DNA from: Candidatus Multivoradales bacterium
GTDB taxonomy: Bacteria; Acidobacteriota; Thermoanaerobaculia; Multivoradales; JAHEKO01
Reading direction: 5' to 3'
Length of the DNA: 64,000 nucleotides
NCBI GenBank assembly: GCA_965223855.1
Contig: CBDCXM010000009.1
Span: forward strand, 704,001-768,000
The notes beneath the pieces were generated by a model. That model was not told where the DNA came from. It made no database searches and was given only the letters and a program-made list of their open reading frames with translations. Numbering within the stretch: position 1 is the stretch's first letter; each line of letters begins with the position of its first letter. Shown in pieces: positions 54,552 to 64,000 of the stretch. Position numbers and translations under genes: made by a program.

Positions 54552-56785
54552 ATGCCTCGACAAGCTGCGTTGATCCTGACGGCGGTGCTCCTCACGACCG
54601 CCGCCTTCGCCCAGGCCCCTTCGACCGATCTCTTCCTGCTGCCGATCGACGGCTCCTCCGTCGGCGAGCCGACGCGGCTGACGGATCGCGACGGCTACGA
54701 CAACCAGCCACAGTTCCTCGCCGACGGCAGCGCGATCGTCTACAGCTCGATCGAGGCGGACGGATCGACCGACATCGTCCTCCACGACCTCGCCTCGGGC
54801 GCGGCGCGGAAGTTCACCGACACCGCCGAAAGCGAGTACTCACCGACCCCGATGCCGGACGGCGAGGCGATCTCGGTGGTGCGCGACTACGGCGACCTGG
54901 TGCAGCAGCTGTGGCGCTTCCCGCTCGACGGCGGCGAGCCGGAGCTGCTGCTCGGCGAGGTCGGGCCGATCGGCTACCACGCGTGGATCGACGACGACGA
55001 GCTGATCCTCTTCATCCTCGGCGAGACGATGACCCTGCAGCGGGCGGCCGTCGGCGCCGCCGAGGGGACGGTGCTCGGCGAGTCGCCCGGCCGCGCGCTC
55101 GCCCGCATCCCCGACAGCACCGAGATGAGTTACGTCGACAAGAGCTCCGAGCGGTGGCGGCTGACCGCGATCGATGCCGCGAGCGGCGAGCGGCGGGCGC
55201 TGGTCGAGACCCGGCCGGGGCGCGAAGACTACGCCTGGGCGCCCGACGGCAGCGCCTGGATGGGGGACGGCAGCCGCCTCTACCGCTGGCAGCCGGGAGG
55301 CGAAGCGTTCACCGAGGTCGCCGATCTCGAAGCCCACGGCATCTACGGCATCACCCGACTCGCGTTCTCTCCGGGAGGCGACCGTCTCGTCGTCGTCGGC
55401 AACCGAGCGCCGGCCGATCTCGAGGCGGCCTACCGGCGCGATGCCGGCCGCATCCTCGGCGCCGCTCTCACCGATGCCGAAGGGTGGGAGAAGATCACTC
55501 ACCTCGCCACCGTCATCGGCCCGCGGCTCTCCGGCTCGGACGCCCTCGAAGAGGCGATCGACTGGGCCGCCGGCCGGATGGAGGCCGAAGGGCTCACCGT
55601 GCGCAAGCAGCCGGTGATGGTGCCGCACTGGGTGCGCGGCTCGGAGCGGGCCGCGGTCGTCTCGCCGATCGAGCGCGAGCTCGAGATCCTCGGTCTCGGC
55701 AACAGTGTCGGCACCCCGGAGGGGGCATCACCGCGCCGGTGGTCGTCGTCGAGAGCTTCGAGGAGCTCGAGGCGCTCGGGCGTGAAGGGGTCGAAGGCAA
55801 GATCGTCGTCTACGCCGTCCAGTGGGAAGGGTACGGGCGCACCGTGCAGTTCAGGAGCCGCGGGCCGTCGCGGGCGGCGGCGCTCGGCGCGGTCGCGGCG
55901 ATGACGCGTTCGGCGACCGGCCACAGCCTCTACACCCCACACACCGGGGCGCTGCGCTACGACGAGGAGCAGCCGCAGATCCCGGCGGCGGCGCTCACCG
56001 TCGAGGACTCCGAGTGGCTGCGCCGGATGGCCGAGCTCGGCCACGAGGTCACCGTGCACCTCGAGATGGGGGCCGAGATGCTCCCCGACCGCCGGTCCTA
56101 CAACCTGATCGCCGAGATCGAGGGGAGCGAGCGGCCCGAAGAAGTCGTCGTGATGGGGGGCCACTACGACTCGTGGGACGTCGGTCAGGGGGTGCACGAC
56201 GACGGTGCCGCCTGTATCGCCGCGTGGCAGGCGCTCAGACTGATCCACCAGCTCGGCCTCCAGCCGCGACGCACCCTGCGGGTCGTCCTGTGGACCAACG
56301 AGGAGAACGGCCTGCGAGGCGGGCGCGACTACCACGACCTGCTCAGCGCCGACGAGCTCGCCAATCACGTCGCCGCGATCGAGATGGACGGCGGCGCCGA
56401 GCGCCCGCTCGGCTTCGGTTTCGGCCTGCTGGGGACCGACCCCAACGCCGCGGAGCCGGACCCGGTCTACGAGCGCGCCTACGGCATGCTCTCGCAGGTC
56501 GCCCGGCTCACCAGCGCGATCGACGCCGACGAAACCTTCCGCGGCGGCGGCGGCGCCGACATCGGGCCGCTGATGCGCTCGGGCGTGCCCGGCCTCGGTC
56601 TGCGCACCGTCGGCGAGCACTACTTCGACTGGCATCACACCCACGCCGACACCCTCGACAAGCTCGATCTTCAGGAGTTCCGCAAGGCGATCGCGCTCCT
56701 GGGAATCACCGGCTACGTGCTGGCCGACATGCCTGAGAGGCTGGTGGAGGAGCGCGCCCATGTTCGCGAGCCCGAGGCTCCGTAG
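54552..56785 (+). CDS. TolB-like propeller fused to an M28 (carboxypeptidase Q-like) peptidase; frameshift in G-run 55721-55725
   Basis: DGYDNQP and ESEYSPTP propeller, then GPRLSGS, VPHWVRG, LGNSVGTP; the -1 frame continues GITAPVVVV, GGHYDSWDVG, HDDG, NEENG, HHTHADT. Confidence 0.8.
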
Positions 56786-56809
56786 CGCTCCGGCCACGAG
56801 GTTCCTGTC

Positions 56810-57385
56810 GTGACGAGTTGGATCGACTCGGTCGACCCCGCCGACGCCGACGGCGAGCTCGCGCGGCTCTATGCCGAGGTGGTCGACCCGGTCAGCGGCG
56901 AGGTCGACAACGTGCTGCGGGTTCATTCCCTCCACCCGGAGGGGATGGCCGCCCACTGGCGGCTCTACCGTGCCGTCATGCGGCCGACCCGCACGCTGCG
57001 CAAGGCGGAGCGCGAGATGATCGCGCTGGTGGTGAGCACGCTCAACGGCTGCCACTACTGAATGCACCACCACCGTCGCGGTCTGCGGCGGCTGCTGGGT
57101 GACGACACGACGGGCGCGACGCTCGTCGCCGACTATCGCGAGGCGACGCTCGAGCCTCGCACTCGGGCGATGCTCGACTACGTCGCCCGTCTCACCCGCG
57201 AGCCCGCGAACCTCACCCGGCGCGATCTCGAGGCGCTTCGCCGGCACGGCTGGAGCGATCGCGACCTGCTCGAGATCGTCGAGGTCGCCGCCTACTACGC
57301 CTACGCCAACCGGATCGCCGACGGGCTCGGTGTCGAGTTGGAGGAGCACGCGACGGGCGAAGAGACGGAGCCGGGACGCGAGTAG
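56810..57385 (+). CDS. AhpD/carboxymuconolactone decarboxylase-like peroxidase-related selenoprotein (UGA=Sec at 57059-57061)
   Basis: Two in-frame ORFs joined by TGA in REMIALVVSTLNGCHY-U-MHHH (CxxU); the second half ends YANRIADGLG; hairpin directly downstream. Confidence 0.85.
57065..57101 (+). promoter_or_regulatory. Putative bacterial SECIS element
   Basis: CCGTCGC-GGTCT-GCGGCGG stem-loop; apical G 19 nt after the UGA. Confidence 0.7.
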
Positions 57386-57434
57386 AATCGAAGCCGGAAC
57401 CTCGCCCGCTCCCAGGCGCAGGACCCGCCCGCAC

Positions 57435-57818
57435 ATGAGAAATCGAGTCTGGCCGTTCGCCGCCCTGCTGGGGGTGGCGAGCGTCAGCGCCGCCGCCACG
57501 CTGTGGCCGCGCAAGTTCCTGTGGGTCTACCGTCTTCCGGGCGCCGACAAGACCGGTCACTTCTTCCTCACCGGCCTCTTCTGTGTGGTGCTGGTGCTGT
57601 CGCTCGGCGGCACCGAATGGCTCGGCCGCCGCATCGGCGGTTGGGGGTGGGTCGGCATCGTGCTCGTCCTGGCGGCGCTCGAGGAGGCGATGCAGCGCTT
57701 CCTCCCCGGGCGTACTCTGTCGTGGCTCGATCTCCTGTGGAGCTGGGCGGGAGCGCTGAGTCTCGGCGGCCTGGCGGCCGAGTGGCGACGCAGGACGAGG
57801 CGCCGGGAGCCCGGGTGA
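57435..57818 (+). CDS. VanZ-like membrane protein
   Basis: DKTGHFFL, EEAMQRFLPGRT.SWLDL. Confidence 0.82.
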   Translation: MRNRVWPFAALLGVASVSAAATLWPRKFLWVYRLPGADKTGHFFLTGLFCVVLVLSLGGTEWLGRRIGGWGWVGIVLVLAALEEAMQRFLPGRTLSWLDLLWSWAGALSLGGLAAEWRRRTRRREPG

Positions 57819-58174
57819 TTCAGATCGACGTCAGGCACTGTCGCGAATGCCGCGGCGAGTTCGTCGCCACCGTCGAGACGTGTCCCGACTGCGGCGTGCC
57901 GCTGACCTGGGCACCGGCCGTCGACGAGCGCTTCGCGCCAACGGCCGACGACACTCCGGGCCCGGTCCTGGTAGCGACCGTCTTCGACGTCGTCGAGGTC
58001 GGCCTCCTGCGAGCCGCGCTGGAGGAGGCCGGTATCGAGTTCACGACGGTCGATCGCTTCTCGCCGCGGGCGATCTTCGGCTCGGTGGAGCGCGAGACCG
58101 ACATCCTCGTCGCGCCGGGCGATGCCGAGCACGCCCTCGAAGTCGTCGGCGCGCTCGATCTGGGGGAGCGGTGA
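57815..58174 (+). CDS. Zn-ribbon + DUF2007 (PII-like) protein
   Basis: CRECRGEF...CPDCGVPL, LEEAGI, ILV...DAEHA. Confidence 0.78.
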   Translation: MIQIDVRHCRECRGEFVATVETCPDCGVPLTWAPAVDERFAPTADDTPGPVLVATVFDVVEVGLLRAALEEAGIEFTTVDRFSPRAIFGSVERETDILVAPGDAEHALEVVGALDLGER

Positions 58175-58686
58175 AGGTACGCAGCGAGAACCGCACCGAC
58201 TTCGAAGCGGTCGCTCAGGTCGTCACGGCAGCCTTCGGGGCTCGCGGCGAGGCCGACCTCGTCGCCGCATTGCGCGCCACGGTCGAGCCGTACGTCTCAC
58301 TGGTGGCCGAGCGCGACGGCGAGGTCGTCGGCCACGTCTTCGTCTCGCCGGTGACGCTCGAGAGATCGGACGAAGAGGTGGCATGGGGCGGCCTCGCACC
58401 GGTCGCCGTCACCCCCGCCTGTCAGAACTGCGGCATCGGCTCGGCGCTCATGCGCGCGGCTCTCGACGAGAGTCGCAAACTCGGGTGGCAGGCGGTTTTC
58501 CTGCTGGGAGACCCGCTCTACTACCGCCGCTTCGGCTTCGAGCTGGCGGCGCCGAAGGGCTTCCATTACGCGAGCTACGAGTTCGACTCGGCGTTTCAGT
58601 CGATCGAGCTCATGCCCGGGGCGCTCGAAGGCCGTTCCGGCTGGATCCTCTACCCGCCGGCCTTCGACGCGCTGGGCGAAGGGTGA
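58171..58686 (+). CDS. GNAT N-acetyltransferase (YhbS-like)
   Basis: EADLVAALR, LAPVAV.P..Q..GIGSALM, LGDPLYYRRFGF. Confidence 0.88.
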   Translation: MKVRSENRTDFEAVAQVVTAAFGARGEADLVAALRATVEPYVSLVAERDGEVVGHVFVSPVTLERSDEEVAWGGLAPVAVTPACQNCGIGSALMRAALDESRKLGWQAVFLLGDPLYYRRFGFELAAPKGFHYASYEFDSAFQSIELMPGALEGRSGWILYPPAFDALGEG

Positions 58687-59165
58687 GCTCCGAGTCCTCG
58701 CTCGCCGAGAGTCTGGAACGCCGGGTCGATCACTGGCTGTGGGCCGATCGGCGCGTCGCCGACGCTCTCGGGTCGCTGCCGGCAGAGGAACGGCGCGAGG
58801 CGCTGCGGCTCTTCGCTCACGTCGTGACGACCGAGAGGATCTACTACGAGCGCCTCGGCGGCCTCGACCCGTGGCCGCAGGACTTCTGGCCGACACTCGA
58901 CATCGGTGACTGTCTCGAGATCGCCGAGAGGGCCGCCGCGAACTACCGCGGTTATCTGGCGGCAGCGACGGAGGACGCGCTGCAACGACCGGTGGCCTAC
59001 CGCGACAGCTCCGGTCGCGCCCACCGCACCGCACCGGCGCAGATGATCGAGCACGTCTCGCTTCACGGCTCCTATCACCGTGGGCAGATCGCCTCGCTGC
59101 TTCGAGTGCACGGTTCCTCGCCGGTGGCGACCGACTTCATCCTCTTCGTCCGCGGCGACGACTGA
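58683..59165 (+). CDS. DinB-family protein
   Basis: WADRR, FAHV, HVSLHGSYHRGQI, ATDFI. Confidence 0.85.
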   Translation: MSSESSLAESLERRVDHWLWADRRVADALGSLPAEERREALRLFAHVVTTERIYYERLGGLDPWPQDFWPTLDIGDCLEIAERAAANYRGYLAAATEDALQRPVAYRDSSGRAHRTAPAQMIEHVSLHGSYHRGQIASLLRVHGSSPVATDFILFVRGDD

Positions 59166-59173
59166 GGCGACCG

Positions 59174-59503
59174 TCAGGAGGGGGCGTCTTTGCCGCCGTC
59201 CGCTTCGCGCGCCTCGAGCTCGCGCAGCCGCTGCCGATCGAAGGTCTCGACGAGCGCAATCCTGAAGTCGCCGAAGTCACGCCGCAGGACGCTCCTCATC
59301 GCCCACACGCCGGCGGCTCCGCCCAGGGCGATGCCGAGGACGGTACCCAGGACGCCCTCGAGCCAGGCGGACTCGGTGCGACCGATCGCCAGCAGGAACA
59401 CGGCGACCACCACGCCTGCCAGGAGGTAGGCGAGGAACGCCCGCCACGCCCAGGCGACGAACACCCGCCCGGCGCGCACCCAGGTCGCCTTGAGGGTCTC
59501 CAT
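59174..59503 (-). CDS. Small two-TM protein
   Basis: AWAWR, two hydrophobic segments, DFGDFRIALV. Confidence 0.6.
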   Translation of the reverse strand: METLKATWVRAGRVFVAWAWRAFLAYLLAGVVVAVFLLAIGRTESAWLEGVLGTVLGIALGGAAGVWAMRSVLRRDFGDFRIALVETFDRQRLRELEAREADGGKDAPS

Positions 59504-59513
59504 GCCCCCGAGC

Positions 59514-60188
59514 CTACCGCGCGGCAGCGAGCCGGCCGCCCTGAGCGAGCCATCCGGGCAGGTCGACAACGCTTTCGAGGATCGCCTCGTGGCGCACCTG
59601 CTCGAAATCCTCGCGCCCATGCGAACCGGTCAACACGCCGACGCCGGAGACTCCGGCGTTGCCGGCCATCTCGAGATCGTGGGTGGTATCGCCGATGACG
59701 AGCGTGCGGCCCGGCGTCACACCCAACTCGAAGACGAGGGACTCGACCATCCCCGGATGGGGCTTGGCCGGCGCCTCGTCGACGGTGCGGCTGTCGTGGA
59801 AGCACGGCCCGAGGCGGGTGCGCTCGAAGTCGGCCCGCAGTCCGCGGCGGCTCTTGGCGGTCGCTACCGCCAGCAGGTAGCCGTCCGACCGCAGCGCCGT
59901 CAGCAGTTCGGCCACCCCTTCGAACGGCCGATGGCGGGTGCCGAAGCCGCCGAACCAGCGCTCGCGGTAGGCCAGGCAGATGCGCTCGAAGAGGTCGTCG
60001 TCACAACCCGGGACGATGGTCTCCATCATCTCGCGAATGCCGAGGCCGATCGCTCCGCGGATCACCGCCCGGTCGCTCCCTTCGACACCGCAATCCTCGA
60101 GCGCCAGCGCGGTGCAATCGACGATCGAGCCGATCGAATCGACGATCGTGCCGTCCCAGTCGAAGATCAGCAGCTCGAAGCGCTTCAT
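59514..60188 (-). CDS. HAD-IA hydrolase (phosphoglycolate phosphatase-like)
   Basis: FDWDGTIVDS, VATAKS, KPHP, IGDTTHD. Confidence 0.9.
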   Translation of the reverse strand: MKRFELLIFDWDGTIVDSIGSIVDCTALALEDCGVEGSDRAVIRGAIGLGIREMMETIVPGCDDDLFERICLAYRERWFGGFGTRHRPFEGVAELLTALRSDGYLLAVATAKSRRGLRADFERTRLGPCFHDSRTVDEAPAKPHPGMVESLVFELGVTPGRTLVIGDTTHDLEMAGNAGVSGVGVLTGSHGREDFEQVRHEAILESVVDLPGWLAQGGRLAAAR

Positions 60189-61243
60189 CGCGAACCCTCG
60201 AGCCGGGAGACGACGAGCCCGCCGACGATCGAGTCACCGGCACGAAGCGCCACGCCGGCGCGCGCCGTCGTCACCATGCGATCCTGAATCCGCGACGCCG
60301 GCGGCACCTCGACGTGCGGGCCGACGAGCGCCCTTCGCAGCCGGCTGCCGGCGCCGATGCGAGCCCCCGGGAGGACGAGTGACTTGTGGACCTTGCACCC
60401 GGCCTCGACGGTTGCACCGCGCTCGATCACCGAACCGTGCACCGACGCCTCGCGGCTGACGTCGGTCCCCGGCGCCAGCCAGTTACTGCGCCAGAAGCGC
60501 CGCGGCCAACGACCGAGCCCCCAGTTGCGCGCTCCGGCCATGTAGCGCTTCGGGGTACCGAGATCGTGCCAGTGACGCCCGCTCTCGACCCCCTGGAGAT
60601 GGGCGCCCTCGGCGAGCAGCGGCTCGTAGAGATCGGTGACGAAGTCAGCGGCTTCGCCCTCCTCGCCCTGCCAGCGCTCCAGCAGACGCGGCGAGAACAC
60701 GTGCGCGCCGGCGAACACCCGTCGCCGGTCGCGCTCCCCGCGCCGTCTCTCACCCCCTCTGAGCGACAGAATGCGGCCGTCGCGCGCGACGATCACGCCG
60801 CCGCCGAACGCCTTCGGGTCGGGCCGCGTCGCCAGGAGCAGCGACGAGTGGGCGCCGGCCGACCGGTGTTTGCGCAGCAGCACACCGAGCGGCCAGCGAC
60901 TGAGGCTGTCGCCGTTGACGACCAGGAAGAGGTCGGCTCGCATGGCGAAGTCCTCGAGCGGGCCCAGGGCGCCGAGAGTGCCGAGCAGCGTCGGTTCCTG
61001 CGAGTAGACGAGGCGCATGCCGTGGTAGGCCCCGCCAAGGTGGCTCTCGATCGCCTCGCCGAGGTGGTGGAGGTTGAGCGCGACCGCCTCGCAGCCGACC
61101 GCCGCGAGCGCGTCGAGCGTGTGTTCCACCACCGGCCGGCCGAGCACCGGCAGCAACGGTTTGGGCACCGCATCGGTCAGCGGACGCAGCCGCATCCCGT
61201 GGCCGGCTGCGAGCACGAGGGCGCGCAACCGGGTGCGGGCCAC
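60185..61243 (-). CDS. NDP-sugar pyrophosphorylase (mannose-1-P guanylyltransferase-like)
   Basis: LAAGHGMRLRPLT..PKPL, NGD, WHDLGTP, C-terminal left-handed beta helix. Confidence 0.88.
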   Translation of the reverse strand: MARTRLRALVLAAGHGMRLRPLTDAVPKPLLPVLGRPVVEHTLDALAAVGCEAVALNLHHLGEAIESHLGGAYHGMRLVYSQEPTLLGTLGALGPLEDFAMRADLFLVVNGDSLSRWPLGVLLRKHRSAGAHSSLLLATRPDPKAFGGGVIVARDGRILSLRGGERRRGERDRRRVFAGAHVFSPRLLERWQGEEGEAADFVTDLYEPLLAEGAHLQGVESGRHWHDLGTPKRYMAGARNWGLGRWPRRFWRSNWLAPGTDVSREASVHGSVIERGATVEAGCKVHKSLVLPGARIGAGSRLRRALVGPHVEVPPASRIQDRMVTTARAGVALRAGDSIVGGLVVSRLEGSR

Positions 61244-61813
61244 TCAGGCCTCCTCTCGATCGTCGTGCACGCTTTCCTCGAACACCATGTCCCGTCCGCT
61301 TTCCGGCGATTGTGCGCGAAAGCTCCGCCACAGCGTTAGGTAGCTTTCCGCCAGCGCCTCGCAGGCCTCGAAGCCGCACGCCGCGGCGGCGTTCGCCGCG
61401 CCCTCGCCCTCGAACTCGACGAAGTCCCCCATCGGGGTGCGATCGAGCTCCACGCTCACCCCGTCGAGTTTCCAGCTCTCGCGGTACTTCTGGTACCGCA
61501 CCGCGACCCGGTAGCCGAGCGCGGTCAGGAGCTGAGCCGCGATCGTGGCGTCGCCGACGGAGGTCTCGAGTTCACGGCGCGACTTGACTCCCTCGTCGAA
61601 GGTCGCCACCCCCTTGTAGGTCAGGCGGCCGCCCCGCGCGTCGGTCCGCAGGCGCAGCAGCCGCCCGCCGGTTTCCAACTCGCCGGCGCGATCCCACACC
61701 GAGTTGTCCTCGAACGACTCCGGGTGAACGAGCTTCGCCCCGAGTTCGGCGAGCCGGTCGGTGAGCGCAGAGCGATCGGAAAGGTGGAACTTGAGCTCGC
61801 GCTCGATCGTCAC
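61244..61813 (-). CDS. CYTH / class IV adenylyl cyclase-like protein
   Basis: ERELKF, LRLR, LTYKG, SRRELE, KYRE, FVEFEG, SY. Confidence 0.87.
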   Translation of the reverse strand: MTIERELKFHLSDRSALTDRLAELGAKLVHPESFEDNSVWDRAGELETGGRLLRLRTDARGGRLTYKGVATFDEGVKSRRELETSVGDATIAAQLLTALGYRVAVRYQKYRESWKLDGVSVELDRTPMGDFVEFEGEGAANAAAACGFEACEALAESYLTLWRSFRAQSPESGRDMVFEESVHDDREEA

Positions 61814-63192
61814 TCGCCGCCGGCTCGATCGAGCAGGCGCACGATGGTGCGGATGCCGTTGTAGAAGTGGCTGATGTTGAACTTCTCGTTCGGCGAGTGC
61901 AGCCGATCGTCGGGCAGGCCGAACCCGACCAGCAGGATCGGCTTCTCGAGCACCTCCGAGAAGGTGCCGACGATCGGGATCGAACCCCCCTCGCGCAGCT
62001 TGAAGGGGGGCTTCCCCCAGACGTCTTCCTGCGCCGCCATCGCCGCCTCGGCGAGCGGGCCGTCGATCGCCACGAGAACCGGCGGCGCACCATGGATTGC
62101 CTGGACATCGACCGTCACGCCGCGCGGGGCGATCGACTCGACGAACTCCTTGAAGAGCGCGGCGATCTCCTCCGGGTCCTGATCGGGGACGAGCCGCATC
62201 GACACCTTCGCGCCGGCGGTTCCCGGCAGCACAGTCTTCGCACCCTCGCCCTGGTAGCCGCTCCACATGCCGTTGACGTCGCACGTCGGCCGCGCCCAGG
62301 CGCGCTCGAGCGTCGTGAACCCCTCTTCGCCGAACACGTCGTCGATGCCGAGCTCGCGCTTGTAAGCCTCTTCATCGAACGGCAGGTTGCCGAACTCCTC
62401 GCGCTCCCACGCCGCGAGCTCTTTCACCCTGTCGTAGAAGCCGGGGATCTGGATCCTGCCGGTCTCGCTGTCGCGCAGTCGACCGAGGATGTAGCCGAGC
62501 GCGTTGGCGGGGTTGGCGACCGCACCGCCGAACACCCCCGAGTGAAGGTCGCGGTTGGGGCCGGTGACCTCGATCTGCATGTACTGCAGACCCTTGAGCC
62601 CGTAGAGAAGCGACGGCTGCCCGGGGCCGAACATCGAGGTGTCGGACACCACGACGGCGTCGCAAGCCAGGCGCTCGCCGCCGTCGGCGCGAACATAGGC
62701 ATCGATCGCCTCGCCACCCGACTCCTCTTCCCCTTCGACGAGGAACTTGACGTTCACCGGCAGCGAGCCGCGCTCAGCGAGCATCGCCGCCACCCCCTTG
62801 AGCTGGGCGTAGGACTGACCCTTGTCGTCGGTGGCACCGCGCGCGACCAGCTCGTCCCCCTCCTCGGTCGGCTCAAACGGATCGTTGCGCCACAGCTCGA
62901 TCGGATCGACCGGCTGAACGTCGTAGTGGCCGTAGAAGAGCAGCGTCGGCTTGCCAGGTGCTCCGAGCCACTCGCCGTAGACGAGCGGGTAGCCGTCGCT
63001 CTCGATCAGCTCCGCCTCGAGGCCGGCGTCGGCCATCCGCTCGCGCACGAAGTCCGCGCACCTGAGGACGTCGTCCCGATACTGCGGGTCGGTCGAGATC
63101 GACGGGATCCGGATGTAGTCCTTGAGCTCCTCGAGGTAACTCTCTTTGTCGCGATCGACTCGCGCCAGGACGTCGCTGCTGTCAGGTGCCAT
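61810..63192 (-). CDS. M20 dipeptidase
   Basis: YGHYDVQP, RGATDDKG, EGEEE, DLHSG, GGSIP, HSPNE. Confidence 0.92.
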   Translation of the reverse strand: MAPDSSDVLARVDRDKESYLEELKDYIRIPSISTDPQYRDDVLRCADFVRERMADAGLEAELIESDGYPLVYGEWLGAPGKPTLLFYGHYDVQPVDPIELWRNDPFEPTEEGDELVARGATDDKGQSYAQLKGVAAMLAERGSLPVNVKFLVEGEEESGGEAIDAYVRADGGERLACDAVVVSDTSMFGPGQPSLLYGLKGLQYMQIEVTGPNRDLHSGVFGGAVANPANALGYILGRLRDSETGRIQIPGFYDRVKELAAWEREEFGNLPFDEEAYKRELGIDDVFGEEGFTTLERAWARPTCDVNGMWSGYQGEGAKTVLPGTAGAKVSMRLVPDQDPEEIAALFKEFVESIAPRGVTVDVQAIHGAPPVLVAIDGPLAEAAMAAQEDVWGKPPFKLREGGSIPIVGTFSEVLEKPILLVGFGLPDDRLHSPNEKFNISHFYNGIRTIVRLLDRAGGE

Positions 63193-63320
63193 CGCTGCCG
63201 TTCCTTCCGCTCTTGAATCTCAGATTGGCGCAGCAGTTTAGCTTGTCCTCTCCCGACATTCCCGCTGCGAGCGCGACCTCCTCGCCCGAGTACCTCCATC
63301 CATGGCTCCGAGCAAAGGCC

Positions 63321-64000
63321 GTGAGAATCAAAGACCCCCCAGACCCCCGCCTTGTGTTCCCCGTCGGGCGCATTCTCGCGGGCGCTACGTCGCTGCACGG
63401 CAAGCCGTGGCCCGAGGTGCGGTTCGAAGAGGTTCTCTGTGCACCGAGGGAACGTTCGACGTTGAAGACTCAGCCAGCACTGCGGGTCGCGTCGTTGCTC
63501 CAGCTAGATGGGACCACGCACAACGCCGTGCACGAGCCGCTGCGTGGCCAGCCACGAACCGGTGTTGGCCAGATCGACAACTGCAGCGGCTACCTTGTGG
63601 GCCCCGACCGCGTCATGACTGCCGGGCACTGTGTGGATGACGACGGTGACGCAGAGTCCATTGAGTACAGTTGCGTCGAACTCTACTCGGTGATCTTCGA
63701 CTGGGCGGACCAGGGACCGATCACCGAGTCCGGGACTCTCACGATCGATGCGGACGACGTCTATCACTGCGAGTACGTCGAGTTCGACGGTTACAACGAT
63801 CCCTCGATCACGCTGCCTACGTTCAATCCACAGGGCGCTGGAGACTATGCTGTTCTCAGGCTCGCAGTACCGGTACAGGGGCGTCTCCCCCTTATCACCG
63901 AACGTGTCGCTCGGACGGACGGAGATGACGAAGTACTGGTCCTGGGCCACCCGCTCGGACTGCCCCTAAAAGCGGAGTTCACGGTGCGAGAGCCCGGAAC
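63321..64000 (+). CDS. Trypsin-like serine protease, running off the window end (absent from the ORF track; start uncertain)
   Basis: Frame of ATG 63615 reads CSGYLVGPDRVMTAGHC...GDYAVLRL...VLGHPLGLPLK, giving the catalytic His and Asp motifs. Confidence 0.78.
   Translation, partial: MRIKDPPDPRLVFPVGRILAGATSLHGKPWPEVRFEEVLCAPRERSTLKTQPALRVASLLQLDGTTHNAVHEPLRGQPRTGVGQIDNCSGYLVGPDRVMTAGHCVDDDGDAESIEYSCVELYSVIFDWADQGPITESGTLTIDADDVYHCEYVEFDGYNDPSITLPTFNPQGAGDYAVLRLAVPVQGRLPLITERVARTDGDDEVLVLGHPLGLPLKAEFTVREPG

Noticed and set aside
55719-55729. Programmed -1 ribosomal frameshift
   Set aside because: No canonical slippery heptamer of the A-AAA-AAG type; other indels in the window favour assembly error
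63311-63350. TCTCACGGCCTT match (inverted) to ~10708-10719 and the CCCCCCAGACCCCC tract
   Set aside because: Only about 12 nt of identity, too short to call a repeat family

Overview
A ~70% GC bacterial window, by gene content and motifs most likely Acidobacteriota (Thermoanaerobaculia-like; this is inference). Housekeeping genes include mutS2, dnaG-rpoD, tRNA-Asn, nadE-nrtR, aceE-aceF-lpdA, a cyclophilin and yidD. It also holds a sigma-54 regulator/kinase/lipoprotein operon, a surface glycan locus (GT2, two GT-C-like proteins, three Thr-type sulfatase-like proteins), and a bacillithiol operon (bshC-bshB1-bshA) led by a probable N-methyltransferase. Best leads: (1) a stand-alone secreted beta-sandwich protein that appears to lack the first strand of its domain, while two other secreted proteins carry only that strand (IF/LFxDGFESGxTxAW), suggesting docking by strand complementation in trans; (2) a repeat family with a conserved ~100-nt core closed by long stems whose sequence differs in each copy; (3) a hidden AhpD/CMD selenoprotein (CxxU with a SECIS-like hairpin); (4) two convergent sigma-54 promoters, each with a GGGA-N5-TCCC site, one possibly driving an sRNA; (5) a 183-bp CTAG-bounded hairpin MITE overlapping stop codons. 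Three apparent frameshifts suggest assembly indels. All calls were made by eye, with no database searches.
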